DNA from: Raja brachyura
Lineage: Eukaryota
Direction of reading: 5' to 3'
DNA: 64,000 nucleotides
Assembly (NCBI GenBank): GCA_963514005.1
Contig: OY740783.1
Location: forward strand, 40,114,001-40,178,000
Part shown: one piece after another, positions 38,103 to 50,313 of the stretch
How the letters are laid out: every line of letters begins with the position of its first letter
Numbering within the stretch: the first letter of the stretch is position 1
Program-made: the position numbers and the translations under genes
Notes under the pieces: generated by a model
What the model saw: only the letters and a program-made list of their open reading frames with translations
What the model was told of the DNA's origin: nothing
Database searches by the model: none

Positions 38103-40487
38103 AACAACCTGGCTCTCAACATCAATAAGACCAAGGAACTGATTGTGGATTTTGGTAGGGGAAGGATGAGGACCCACAATCCTGTTCACATCAATGGGAC
38201 GATGGTGCAGAGGGTCAATAACGTCAAATTCTTGGGCGTGTATATCTCCGAAGATCGTTCCTGGACCCAGCACACTGATGCAATTATAAAGAAGGCACAT
38301 CAGCGACTCTACTTCCTGAGAAGATTTTGGAGATTCGGCATGTCGAAGAGGATTCTCTTAAACCTCTACAGGTGCACGGTAGTGAGCATTCTGACTGTTG
38401 CATCGTGGCCCGATTCGGCAACTTGAACGTCCAGGAGCGAAAAAGACTACAAAAAGTTGTGACCACTGCCCAGTCCATCACTGGCTTTGTCCTCCCCACC
38501 GTCGAAGGGATCTATCGTAGTCGCTGCCTCAAAAAGGCAGCCAAAATCACCAAAGACCCACACCATCCTGGCCACACACTCATTTCACCATTGCCATCAG
38601 GAAGAAGGTACAGTAGCCTGAAAACTAACGTCCAGCTTCAGGAACAGCTTCTTCCCTACAGCCATCAAGCTATTAAACACAACAATGAATAAGCTCCAAG
38701 CACTGAACTGCAAAATACTATATTATTATTGCACTATATTTGTTATTTATTGAACTTTTTCTTCTTTTTTTTTTCTCTTCCCCCGTTATGTACTATGTTT
38801 ACAGATTCACATATTCTGTTGTGCTGCAGCAAGTAAGAATTTCATTGTCCTATCTGGGACAAATGACAATAAAACACTATTGACTTGACTCTTGACTTGA
38901 TCTGGCTATTCTTCTTGCCAGACTCAACACAACTATTCAGCTGATTGCTTTCCCTTCTACTGAATCTGGATGCAGGCATATGGTACAATAAATGATTTTT
39001 TGTGAGCTAGCACCATTGCATACAAATCACTTTATAACTAACCTAAATAAAAATCCCCTTTCTGTGGCTCTAAAAGTTTCTTGCAATACATTTTAATAGC
39101 AAATAATATAGCGGATTCACTGCCAAAAATGTGCATTACTAAAGTTCTGCAATATTTTACTAGAACGAAGGCGAATAATAAAACATGGGGAAGGTCTTTC
39201 TCTCATGAATTAAAAATTAACAACATTGCTCGTATTCTTTGTATGCAATTTAAAAATACCAGCCCAATTCCAACACAACTTTCTGAAAATAACCAGTTTG
39301 TGTTTCAAGTTCTAATCAGCAACAAAAACAGCCATAATCTTTCCAAAAATTTAAAACTGTGAACAATATTCCCAGTATTCCTACTTAATTGCACGAAATA
39401 TCGGCTGCAAATTAGATCAGATGAGATGGGATGAGAACTAGATGCAAATTAGATGAGAACTAATATAGGGGCTATATTACTTCTCATGCACCTTTTGATT
39501 CATTAGTGCTCATTTGGATTCACAAGGCACACGTAAAGTAGCCAACTTCCCCGATCACCACACTACCTCTGACCATACCCATGAGTATTTTTACCCAACC
39601 TGGGTTACTTAAAGGAATAATCACTTCCATGCAGGTTTATGGCCAAAACCAGCCACCGTTACAATTCCACCATTGTTTGTTGCATTCTTTAAATTTATTA
39701 ACAACCTACAACCACATTGAATGATGTGGTAGGTACTAAGAGAGCCTTTGCTGATTTCATCATTTTTGAACAAAACTAGTTCAGGTATAGGTTCATGAGT
39801 ATACATTATTCTGCACTACTTTTGAGATTAATATGACAGTGAGAATATGCCTAGATCACACATTACTGGATGTACAGTTTAAAGCACAGGATGAAGAGAG
39901 CATATAAGTCTATATCCGCTCAGGTGGCAATATAATGAACATTTTTGTTGAATATGCAAAATAAAACTTCTTCACAATTATAGGAATATCAAGCTATTGA
40001 AACATTGCTTGTGTTAAACAAAAACGATTGTGTTCCAATTTCTGCCTTCTTGCCAAATAACAAAAAGAACAATTAAAAGAAATGGGTTACATTAATGTTA
40101 CTTAACCTACAATTAAATTACTTTGAAGTGTAGGCTATCTCATCATTGAGTAGAAAATAATGGATTATCTTAGGAAGTTCATATAATTTCCATGCTTTCT
40201 CATGCTTCCTAAGCTTTCTTCATATTTTTTCACAAAATTACCAATAAATAAGTTAATGGAATGACTGGCTCTTTAAACAATAGTCTTATTTTTATTACAG
40301 GTATTCCCAATTACTACAGCTATGAAAAGGAAATTATTATAACTTACATTGTGCAAAGACTTCATTTGCAAAGTAATCATCTTGGCTCTGATACCAAAAG
40401 ATGTAGCTCTCGAGAAAAAAAGTGTTGTTTGAGAGTTTTCACCATTCATATTAAGTTAATACATATACACATAAAGCACTACTGTAC

Positions 40488-40618
40488 CTGTCATTAATGC
40501 TCCAGTTCAGACATAGATTCAGAGCGCTTAAATTCTTGCATCTCTTCACCACTTCCATTACTGTTTCATTATTCAATTCTGTTATGTGACGTAGATCGAG
40601 GCTGATGAGCTCCTTCAG
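40488..40618 (-). CDS. FBXL17: Internal coding exon (131 bp) of F-box/LRR-repeat protein 17
   Basis: Minus strand reads ttttatttttacttttgtcctaag|CTGAAG...AATGACAG|gtacag (polypyrimidine tract, AG acceptor, GT donor). Translation LKELISLDLRHITELNNETVMEVVKRCKNLSALNLCLNWSINDR closely matches my recollection of the human FBXL17 LRR segment (LRNLSSLDLRHITELDNETVMEIVKRCKNLSSLNLCLNWIINDR). Phase 0 in, phase 2 out. Confidence 0.93.
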
Positions 40619-40824
40619 CTTAGGACAAAAGTAAAAATAAAATTTGAAACATCACTTACATTATGATTCTTGCTGTAAATCACAATAAAACAACTGGAAC
40701 AAAGAATCTAGAAAAGGAACCACTATATGTCATTTAATCCCTCAAATCAGTCCCTTCTTTCAGTGAAATCATGATTTAATTATTTACACAAGAATCTTTT
40801 GTTTTAACCGCATGGACTAACTAA

Positions 40825-41163
40825 TGGGCCTGTCCCACTTACCCGACTTTTTCGGTGACTGCCGGTACCCGTCATAGGTCGTTGCAGGTCGCTGAAAAAT
40901 TTCAACATGTTGAAAATCCAGCGGCGACCAGAAAGACGCTGCAACTCTTTGGGCGACTAAGGAGACTACTCACGACCATATAGGCGACACCCCGGCAACA
41001 TGTTGCAGGGTGAAGCCTATATGGTCGTGGGTAGTCGCCCAAAGAGTCGTACCTTGTTCTGGTCGCCGCTGGATTTTCAACGTTGAAAAGTTTCGGTGAC
41101 CGGCAACAACCTATGATAGGTGCCGGCAGTCGCCGAAAAAGTCGCGTAAGTGGGACAGACCCA
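40825..41163. mobile_element. Almost fully palindromic PIF/Harbinger-like MITE (339 bp)
   Basis: TAA TSD (40822-40824, 41164-41166). Termini tgggcctgtcccacttac / gtaagtgggacagaccca. Arms complementary up to the centre gcaaca|tgttgc. Confidence 0.9.
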
Positions 41164-42374
41164 TAAGGCAAATTACACAATGCATGCAAGCAGAAGCTAG
41201 GTTAGTGTATGAAGGCAAAAGGAAGCTTATACCATATTTACTCTACTCTGGGAGGGAGGGGATTCACATGGAGAATAAGAACCAGCATGGATCAGACAGG
41301 CTGTGGTTTTGCAAATATATTCTAAAAGTATTTCTAATCTTCTATTTACTAACATTATATGTGGATGCTTAATAAACAATCAACAGCTGATACATGTTGC
41401 ATACATGCTGTGGGTATAACAGCTTTGAATTCTTCTAATTAAACACTCATTTCAAGCATTTTGAGGCAGACGTGTTTGGACTATCATTTTAATTGACACA
41501 TGGAGTTAAGATTTAGTCTGTTCGCATTTGTTTTATTGAGGACATAGAAACCTATTTATGTTCGAGGCAAAAATTCTGTGTAATACACAGAACACCAAAA
41601 TATCTTTTCAGGAGGCTTGTTCAATAGTTGGAGGCGTTCTGCCAATGGCCATATTTCGAGGAAGACTCATGCAAGCATGGAGAAATGGTATAAATGGTCT
41701 TGATATTGTTTCTCCAAGATTACGTGAAGCAGTGGTGTAAATTTGGAAAGCTCCCATGAAAATGTAATCGTGTTGCTTCAAGGGACATTAATCAAACAAT
41801 TTATATTTTCACATAAGGTTTCTTTAGGATTTACTGTTTTAACGTCTTTGCACATGCAGCTTAGTTTCCAATGCAATGGACTTTGGTTACAATTTTAAAA
41901 GAATGAAGTTGTTGAAAAATAGACACATACAAGCCTTGAACATGAAACTACATCAAATTTGCTTGGTCCACTTTACCAACTTTTCTCCAATCGGTTTCAA
42001 ATTTGCTTAATGGAAAGTAATTTGTCATGTAGATATTGCACGTGGAATCAGCTTTAAGAAAATTATAATTGTAGTATGTGGTATATTGAACAATTCCACT
42101 TTATCTATAGCTTTTCCGAAGATATTTTTCTGATAAGGAACAATAAAATTGTATGAAATGCGGACTTATTCAGCATGCAAGCCAAACAACTAGCCAGAAG
42201 GACAATCATGGTATCAGGATACATGAGATACTTGTGAAGAAATTCACTTTGCTGGAACAGTAGAGGTCATATTTGTGCGGGATTGAAATACCACTGGGGA
42301 GTTGCTGTTGATGTAACAAAAGTTTCTAATGTTATCAAAGATCATGAGAAAATAGTGAGGACATTCGAAACGGA

Positions 42375-44400
42375 TGCAGGAAAAGGCCACTCCGTCTCTC
42401 ATGCCTTCTCTACCATGCAATAAGATGACAGTTCATATTTTACCTCAGTGTTATTTTACTGCACGAAGCTCACATTTCTCGATTTCCTTAATATCAAAAA
42501 ATCTATCAATAAGAAGAGAGAAATTGAAGGCTTCGCTACCCTCTGGGTGAAAAAAATTTAGAATGGACAACCCTCCTACTCTGGCCCGGTTTTAGCCACC
42601 CTCGCCCGAGGAGGCATGAACCAGGGGCCGCGGAACGTTTCTGAAAGTGGGGGGGGGGGGGCTGAGCGATCACTGATCACCGGCCTCGGGGGCATTATTT
42701 TTTGTTGTTGCTCGACCTCTGAAAACTCGGGGATAATACAGGCCATCCCCAACTGAAAAACTGGGGGATATACTCACTCTCTCTCTCCCTCCCGGGCTGA
42801 CTCTCTCTCTCGGCGTCAACGCTCTTTCTCTCTCGGGGCCGCCCTCCCTCTGCTCCCTCCCTCCCTCCCTCTCCCGTATCTTTGCACCCTTCCGCTCAAC
42901 GGCTAATCACAGCGCTTCGTTCATTGCCCCATATCTCGACTGTGAACCGCGCTGTGATCGGTCGTTGAGCGGCGGGGAGGGAGGGTTTTGCGGGGGCAGT
43001 CTCTTTCCGCCACGGCTGGTCGTGGTATTGCCCAAAGATCATAGAGCGGAGCTCCGCTCTATGATCTTTGGTTTTGCCGCGCTCACTGTGCGCTTGTTCT
43101 GAGATTCTGGATGTTGGAGAAGAGAAAAATACGCCTGCGGGCCAGATAATTTCGGGTTTGAAGCACGTCTCGTCAAAAAAGTGGAGGGGCTGCAGCCCCC
43201 ACAGTTCCACGGCCCATGTGAACCTTGCATCAATCCTGTCAAGCTTTAAAGAACTTTCTACATTACATTCTAAACTCCAACCTGCTTAACATTTCTTCAC
43301 AAGACAAACACATAATTGCGTGAATCAATCTGGTGAACCTGCATTCCAATCCTTGCTTTGAGAGTTGATCCCACTTCGGGGAAAGTGAGCAAACATGTAC
43401 ACAACATTCCAGGCATTGTCTCACCAGGCCGTATGGAAGAATGCATTTTTACTCTTGCTGGAAGGCTCAATACACCATTTGCTTTCCTCATTGCTTGTGG
43501 AATTTCCATGTCAACTTACAATGATTTATACAGAAGGACACTATTTATACAGAGGGCCCTCTGTCCCTCTTATTCTTTTCAATCTCTTGAAATTACTCTG
43601 CTTGTCTATAATTTCTACCAAAATGGGTGACCACCTTTTTCCATATTATGCTTTTGCCCAGCCATTTATCTTATTCATATATCCTGAAGGCTAACTGTCT
43701 CTTCTCATGGCCCACGTTGACAGTCATCTTGGCATTGGCAGCACAAGGATGTAGTACATGTAGTCCCCTCATCTAAATTAATGGCATAAACTGGGAACAG
43801 CTGGGCCCCTAGCATTGAGCCCTGCGACACTTTAATAATCATTGCTTTTCTCCTGAAAGTGATTTAATATTTCTCAACTTTGTCTATTAACCAATTCATA
43901 GATCACATATTGCCTCCAATGCCATACATTCTAATTTTGCTTCATAATATATCGTGTGGCACTTTAGCAAATGCTTTTTTAAAGTCAAAATATACATCAG
44001 TTGATTTGCGTTTATCAACCTGCTGTAACCTTGAAAAAAACGAATAGATTTGTCAAATATAATTTCCCTTTTGCAAATTCATGTTGGCTCTACCTGATTC
44101 TATTATTATTTTTTAAGTGCTCTATTATCACTTTTTCAAATAATGGATTCTTGCAATCTCCCTACTGATGAAGTCAAGCTAACTGACCCGTGGTCTCCAA
44201 TTTTCTCTCTCCCTCACATTTTCTCTCTTCTAATTTGTGAGCCTATGGAATGCTTAAAATGACAACTTCCTTCATCCTATCTCTAAGATATCGTTTATAC
44301 AGACTAGGAGGTTTATTGCCTTCCAGTCCAATTAATCTCCCTAATCATATTTTAATTTATCAATGCTAATATTTTTGAGTTCCTATTTCACTCTGGACGA
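42375..44400 (-). mobile_element. Old, highly decayed CR1 interrupted by the 42622-43218 element
   Basis: Remnants PQAMRKANGVL, gtgtggcactttagcaaatgc (AFxKVPH) and aagctaactgacc (PVSL). Confidence 0.75.
42622..43218. mobile_element. Non-autonomous hAT-like DNA transposon with 5-bp TSD
   Basis: 15-bp TIRs caggggccgcggaac / gttccacggcccatg (13/15). TSD tgaac (42617-42621, 43219-43223). CpG-rich, with subterminal aaagtgg…ggggctg motifs. Confidence 0.8.
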
Positions 44401-45934
44401 ACAGTTCTCCATTATTTCCAGAAGGTTTATGGCCCTGTCACTGAGCATACCTCACTGCAATGGATGGAACTGGCTTCTCTCAGCCGTTTCCTGAAGGGAA
44501 CGTTCTGTGAGATAGGCGTGATCCCTTCTTCTAGACCAGCTGTAAATCCCTATCATCCCTTTCAAATGTTGACAGGCTTGCTGGGCATTCTCACACAGTC
44601 ATTTTTTTATTGTAAATATTAAATAATTCCAACCAAGGCAACCCCTTCATTGTGCAAGCTTCGCCCTTTTTGTAATCATATATATATTTTTGCATGTACA
44701 TACTGTTCTGGTTAATCTTCTGCCTCAGTGAGATTTCAAGTTTATAGATAAACAAATTGCTGAATCAAGGCAAGTTGAGCACAAGTCTTTCAAATTTATT
44801 AAACCCAATCAATGCCACTAAACCCTATCTGAAACAGATTAATCATTTTCTCGTCAAAGAATAAATATCTTGATTCTCCCAAGTCTCCATAAAAAATGAC
44901 TTTCATGAACATTTCATATCGATCCCTTGGTGCAGAACGCAGCAATTTACTTAGCATTTAAGGGAATTGCACTGCACAGCATGTTACAAGAGGACTCCAA
45001 CTGACGAGAACTGTTGTCTGCCAAACTATATTTAAATACGCAGTTGGACAGCATTGTATATTATATTGTAATATTGTATGTCTTTTGGCAAAGACAAGAA
45101 AAGCTCTAGTGCTTCACATTGCAAAATCTGTTAAAACTGGTACTTTGCACTTGACAACATATAATTTATCCTGTTATACATGAAGAAAATTACCCACAAA
45201 ATAGTTTGCTGAATGACTTGAAGCTCTGCAACTGCAATGAGCAATGTGCATCCAAATAAAATTGTTCAGTAATAGGCTTTGAGTTACATAGATAACCACA
45301 ACTATAACTGCAACTATAGTTGGAGACTCTCCTCTTAAGTTGTAATTGCAACAGTAACTTTGACTAAAGGATTTCTCAAAGCAAATAATATTTGAGCTTG
45401 TGTTCCATCCAGGATAACAGTGGTTGAGTGTGGCATTCTATTTGTAAATACATTTCCAATTATACCAATGCAACTACATTTCAGAGCTGGACACACAGCT
45501 TCCAAAGTTTTGCACAACGGACTGAGAGAATGTTATCAACCAGATTTAACAAACCAATGGCGCAGATCCTCTGTCGAGCCAAAGCTACAAATAACCCTGT
45601 CAGTACAAGTATAGCTCCCAGCACAGTCCTCTCCCAGCATGGGAGTGGGGGGGCCGGGGGGAGAAGAGGGAGGCTTTCTCTGTACATACCTGACACGCAG
45701 AATTATTTTCATAGCTCGATTCAACAATCAAATTTCGCAACCGGGGATCATTCTATTCAATTGGACTCCACACGAAGATCACCAGAGAAACGCACTGGCA
45801 CGTGACAGAAGAATCCCATCATAGACCTATGCGCCGTTAGCAAAGGAAAGTAAGGACTGGAAGTTGCCCCAGCATGAATCTACTCCAATGTAACACTGTT
45901 GCTAAAAGGAATAAAATCTGAAATAGTAAAAGCT

Positions 45935-46083
45935 GGAGTAACTCAGCGGGACGGTCTGAAGGCTCTCGACCCGAAACGTCACCCATTCCTTCTCTCCAGA
46001 GATGCTGTCTGCCCCGCTGAGTTACTCCAGCTTTTTGTATCTATCTTCGATTTAAACCAGCATCTGCAGTTCTTGCCTAGACA
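45935..46083 (+). mobile_element. Penelope mini-insert with inverted 5' piece
   Basis: 17-bp flanking duplication ctgaaatagtaaaagct (45918-45934, 46084-46100). Hammerhead core partly deleted. Confidence 0.85.
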
Positions 46084-46599
46084 CTGAAATAGTAAAAGCT
46101 TGACCGCATCTTGTTGCATGCAAGCGTGGGATGAAAGGACTGGGGTGACCGACCATGATATAGCACCATTTGATATTAAAGATGAGGGATAAACCAGTAA
46201 ACCAAAAGTCAAGCAATCTACATCATTGCTGGGGAAATGGCTGGAAAGATCGAGAAACAATTCAAGGAAGACACAAGGAACTACAGATGCCGATTTATAA
46301 GGGGAGACACAAAATGCTGGAGTAACTCATCGGGTCAAGTATGAGACCCAAAACATCACCTATCCATGTTCTTTTGGGTTGCTGTCTGGCCCGCTGAGTT
46401 ACTCCAACATTTTGTGTCTTTCCTATACTCAATGTCCCAACTGATGAAGTCAAAAAGTTAAACACCTTCTTCGCCACCTTGTCTACCTGTGACGCCACAT
46501 TCAAGGAACTTTTCTTATTCTCCGTGGTCCCCCTTTCTACAACAATCCCCAGGACCCTACTTATTGATTGTGAAAAGAGATCTGAGAAAAAGGTTTTTC

Positions 46600-47255
46600 C
46601 CACAAAAGGGGGTGGATCTCATGACATCTATCCCGTCAGACTTGAGTGCGCCTTTTCCCATGGTCATTGTTGCTGAAGTATGATCGGTCTACCTGAGGGT
46701 GCATCCATGGAAAGCAACTGGCCCAGATGGAGTCCCTGGCGGCCTTAGGAACTGCACGAACCAACTAGCGAGAGTGTTCATGGACATCTTTAATCTCTCC
46801 CTACTCCATTCTTAAGTACCCACTTGCTTCAAGAAAACCACTATCATCCCATGTCGAAGAAATGCAAGAGCTCATGCCTTAATGGCTAATGTCCAGTGGC
46901 CTTGACATCCACTATCATGAAATGCTTCGAGAGGCTGGTTATAGAACACATTAAATCCAACCTATCAAGCAGCCATGTTCCACTACAGATAGGCACACAA
47001 TGCTGGAGTAACTCAACAGGACAGGCAGTATCTCTGGAGAGAAGGAATGGGTGACGATTCGGATCGATACCCTTCTTCAGCTTGAAGAAGGGTCTTGATC
47101 CGAAACATCATCCATTCTTTCTCTCCAGAGATGCTGCCTGTCCAGCTGAGTTACTCCAGCATTTTGTGTCTATCTTCGATTTAAACCAGAATCTGCAGTT
47201 CTTTCCTGCACATGATTTACTGCAGTTTGCCTACTGCCGCAATAGGTCCATGAGA
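46600..47255 (+). mobile_element. Rex RT fragment interrupted by a head-to-head Penelope pair (46990-47210)
   Basis: DIFNLSL…PTCFKK…PVALTSTIMKCFERLV…LQFAY. Two inverted pLTRs meet at cttcttcag-c-ttgaagaag. Confidence 0.85.
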
Positions 47256-48383
47256 CTCAAGCAGCATATTCTTCTTTAGCAGAGATCAACATATTCAATT
47301 AATATATCAGCCATTCATGCCTCCTCTAAAGTTGGTCTCATTTTTGGTCTCTGTTGAAACTTACACCTTACATTGACATCTTGCCTGTGTCCTATTAATA
47401 GCCCGGTTCTCACACGAGGTTTCTAACAAAAACAGCCTATTTTCCTGATTTTAATATTGAACACGGGTATCAAAAAATGCCGTAACTATGTAAAATCAGC
47501 ATGAAATACTTTTGACCACATGCAACTCAGAACAAATAAATTACAGGCAATTCACATTCTCAATAATAATTTAATTGAAGCAGATTTTTACATGTGCTGA
47601 ACAAATGCTTAATGAAGTGAGGGAATATAGACTGGAAAATGCATGAAAAATGTGTGAAAGTGAAGAATATTTGGTTCAGTAAAAATAAGTTTTAAAATAT
47701 CATCAAGTTCGGAAAACAATTTCAAGAAAAGACTCTTAAGGAAACAACTGTAATTTTAAAGACGTCATTGAAATATTAGAACATGAAATATTCTAATTTG
47801 ATAAGTGTGCACCTGATAGAAACTAGTAGGCAATTAAAGCAAAGTACAAAAACGCATCAACAACAGATGGAGCACAATGATGCCTACTGTCTGACTTCAA
47901 TATTTACACAGGTGGCATGTGAAAACAGAATTTAAAACCAAATTTTATTCACAAAGATTGGCCAGCGCTTTGCTGCTATATCAGATAGTTCACAACAATT
48001 GCTTTAATGATCTCAAGAGGTTCCAAGGAGTAATATGCATTCCATTAGGGAAGCACTGATAACTTACTGACTGGGTCTCTTATTTCCCTCACGATCACAG
48101 TGTTCCTTTGCCATTCTATACCCAAATCATTTTCCATTATAACTTTAATTCCTGTCCCTACAACATTTTGCTTAATAATATGTACTGCCACCCAAAGAGT
48201 GCTTAATTGCAAGATACCAAAGAAAGTTAGAAAACTTATTTTTCTTAGGCTTAATTCCCCTTTTCACCATTAATATATTAAAGGCTTTGGAATTTTGTCC
48301 ATGCTTTGTGCTTTTTCGAATTGCATGCCAACTTATGTTATGAACGATTTACTGTTATGTCAAATGACTTTTATTCATGTGGA

Positions 48384-49942
48384 TTATTCTAAAATGGATT
48401 AAATTCTTTCTTAAAAAATATATATAATCACCTACACACAACACCCCATAAACAGGCATTTCAAATTTTTTGCAAAGTTATTAAAAAGGAATAACTGAAA
48501 TATTACATTTACATAAGAATTCAGACCCTTTACTCAGTACTTTGATGAGGCACCTTTGGCAGCGATTACAGCATCAAGTCTTCTTGGTTATGACGCTACA
48601 AGCTTGGCACACCTGTATTTGGGTAATTTCTCCCATTCTTCTCTGCAGATCCTCTCAAGCTTTGTCGGGTTGGATGGGGAGCGTCAATGCAAAGCTATTT
48701 TCAGGTTCCTATGGAGATGTTCGCTCAGGTTCAAGTCCAGGCTCCGGCTGGGCCATTCAAGGACATTCACGAAGCCACTCCTGCTTTGTCTTGGCTGTGT
48801 GCTTGGGGTCATTGCCCTGTTGGAAGGTGAACCTCCGCCCCAATCCGAGGTCCAGAATGCTCTGGAGCAGGTTTTCATCAAGTATCTCTCTGTACTTTGC
48901 TCCATTCATCTTTCCCTTGATCCTGACTAGTCTCCCAGTTCCTGCCGCTGAAAAACATCCCCACAGCATGATGCTGCCACCACAATGCTTCACATAGTAA
49001 TGGTATTGGCCAGGTGATGAGCGGTGCCTGGTTTCCTCCTGACGTGACACTTGGCATTCAGGCCAAAGAGTTAAATCTTGGTTTCATCAGACCAGAGGAT
49101 CGTGTATCTTATGGTCTGAGAGTCCTTTAGGTGCCTTTTGGCAAACTCCAAGCGAGCTGTCATGTGCCTTTTACTGAGGAGTGGCTTCCATCTGGCCACT
49201 CTACCATAATGGCCTGATTGGTGGAGTGCTGCAGATATAGTTGTCCTTCTGGAAGGTTCTCCCATCTCCACAGAGGAACTCTGGAGCTCTGTCAGTGTGA
49301 CCATCGGGTTCTTGGTCACCCCCCTGACCAAGGCCCTTCTCCCCCGATTGCTCAGTTCGACCGGGCAGCCAGCTCCATGAAGAGTCCTGGTTGTTCCAAA
49401 GTTCTTCCATTTAAGAATGACGGAGGCCACTGTGCTCTTCGGGGACCTGCAATGCTGCAGAAATTGTTTTATACCCTTCCCCAGATCTGTGTCTCGACAC
49501 AATCCTGTCTCGGAGGTGTACGGACAATTCCTTCATCTTCTTGGCTTGGTTTTAGCTCTGACATGTGCTGTCAACTGTGGGACCTTATATAGACAGGGGT
49601 GTGTCTTTCCAAATCAAGTCCAATCAATTTAATTTACCACTGGTGGACTCCAATCAAGTTGTAGAAACATCTCAAGGATAATCAATGGAAACAGGATGCA
49701 CTTAAGCTGCATTTTGAGTGTCACAGCAGAGGGTCTGAATATTAATGTAAATGTGATATTTCAGTTATTTATTTTTAATTACTTTGCAAAAATTTCTAAA
49801 CACCTGTTTTCACTTCTTCATTCTGGGGTATTGTGTTTAGATTGATAATTTTTTTTTTAAATGTCACCCATTTAAAAATAAGGCTGTGATGTAACAAAAT
49901 GTGGAAAAAGTGAAGGGGTCTGAATACTTTCTGAATGCACTG
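48384..49942 (-). mobile_element. Tc1 DNA transposon (long-TIR type), one end truncated
   Basis: Terminus TA-CAGTGCATTCAGAAAGTATTCAGACCCC at 49942. The opposite ~200-bp TIR lacks its outer ~60 nt. The internal ttcagaccc repeat occurs in both TIRs. Confidence 0.95.
48534..49542 (-). pseudogene. Tc1 DD34E transposase pseudogene
   Basis: [37 protein letters not shown] (second catalytic D to G), WPSRSLDLNLSEH. Start codon mutated; frameshifts. Confidence 0.93.
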
Positions 49943-50011
49943 TATATATAATATATATATTATACACACACACATATATATATATATATAGTACATATGC
50001 ACATACACACA
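49943..50011. repeat. (TA)n/(CA)n microsatellite at the Tc1 end
   Basis: Direct reading. Confidence 0.9.
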
Positions 50012-50313
50012 TAGTAACTCAGCGGGACAGGCAGGATATGAACGTGCAACCAAACTCAAAAGGCTACAGTGCACTGAGATTTTCATGTTCTTGTTCTTCA
50101 ATTTCCCTTCACTATACAAACATTGATTCCTTTCACTCTTACATAAGCAATTATTAAAAATCATTCCTCATTCCATGTATAGTAATTATGGTTTGTGGTA
50201 CTTTCTGAACAATTACATCAGTATTGATTAATCTCCCTATTAACAGATACAAAAGCTGAAGCTTAAATTGTTTCATCTGTATTCTACAATCACAAAAAGA
50301 GTTACATAATCTC

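Larger units (their letters stand above)
35367..38900 (+). mobile_element. Near-full-length decayed Rex1/Babar LINE carrying two nested insertions
   Basis: 355-aa ORF with APE motifs (CFTEIWL, VYIPPQA, TRGSNTLDHCY), then [40 protein letters not shown]. (tgact)n tail. Confidence 0.93.
1..40487 (-). other. FBXL17: Intron downstream of the FBXL17 exon (continues beyond window start)
   Basis: GT donor at 40487-40486. The next expected exon (CVEVIAKEG-like) was not seen by eye. FBXL17 is known for very long introns. Confidence 0.7.

Noticed and set aside
39407-39461. Short duplicated motif gcaaattagat…gatgagaacta
   Set aside because: Small slippage duplication with no further structure.
42622-43218. 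CpG island or internal promoter
   Set aside because: The CpG richness is confined precisely within the TIRs and TSD of a transposon.
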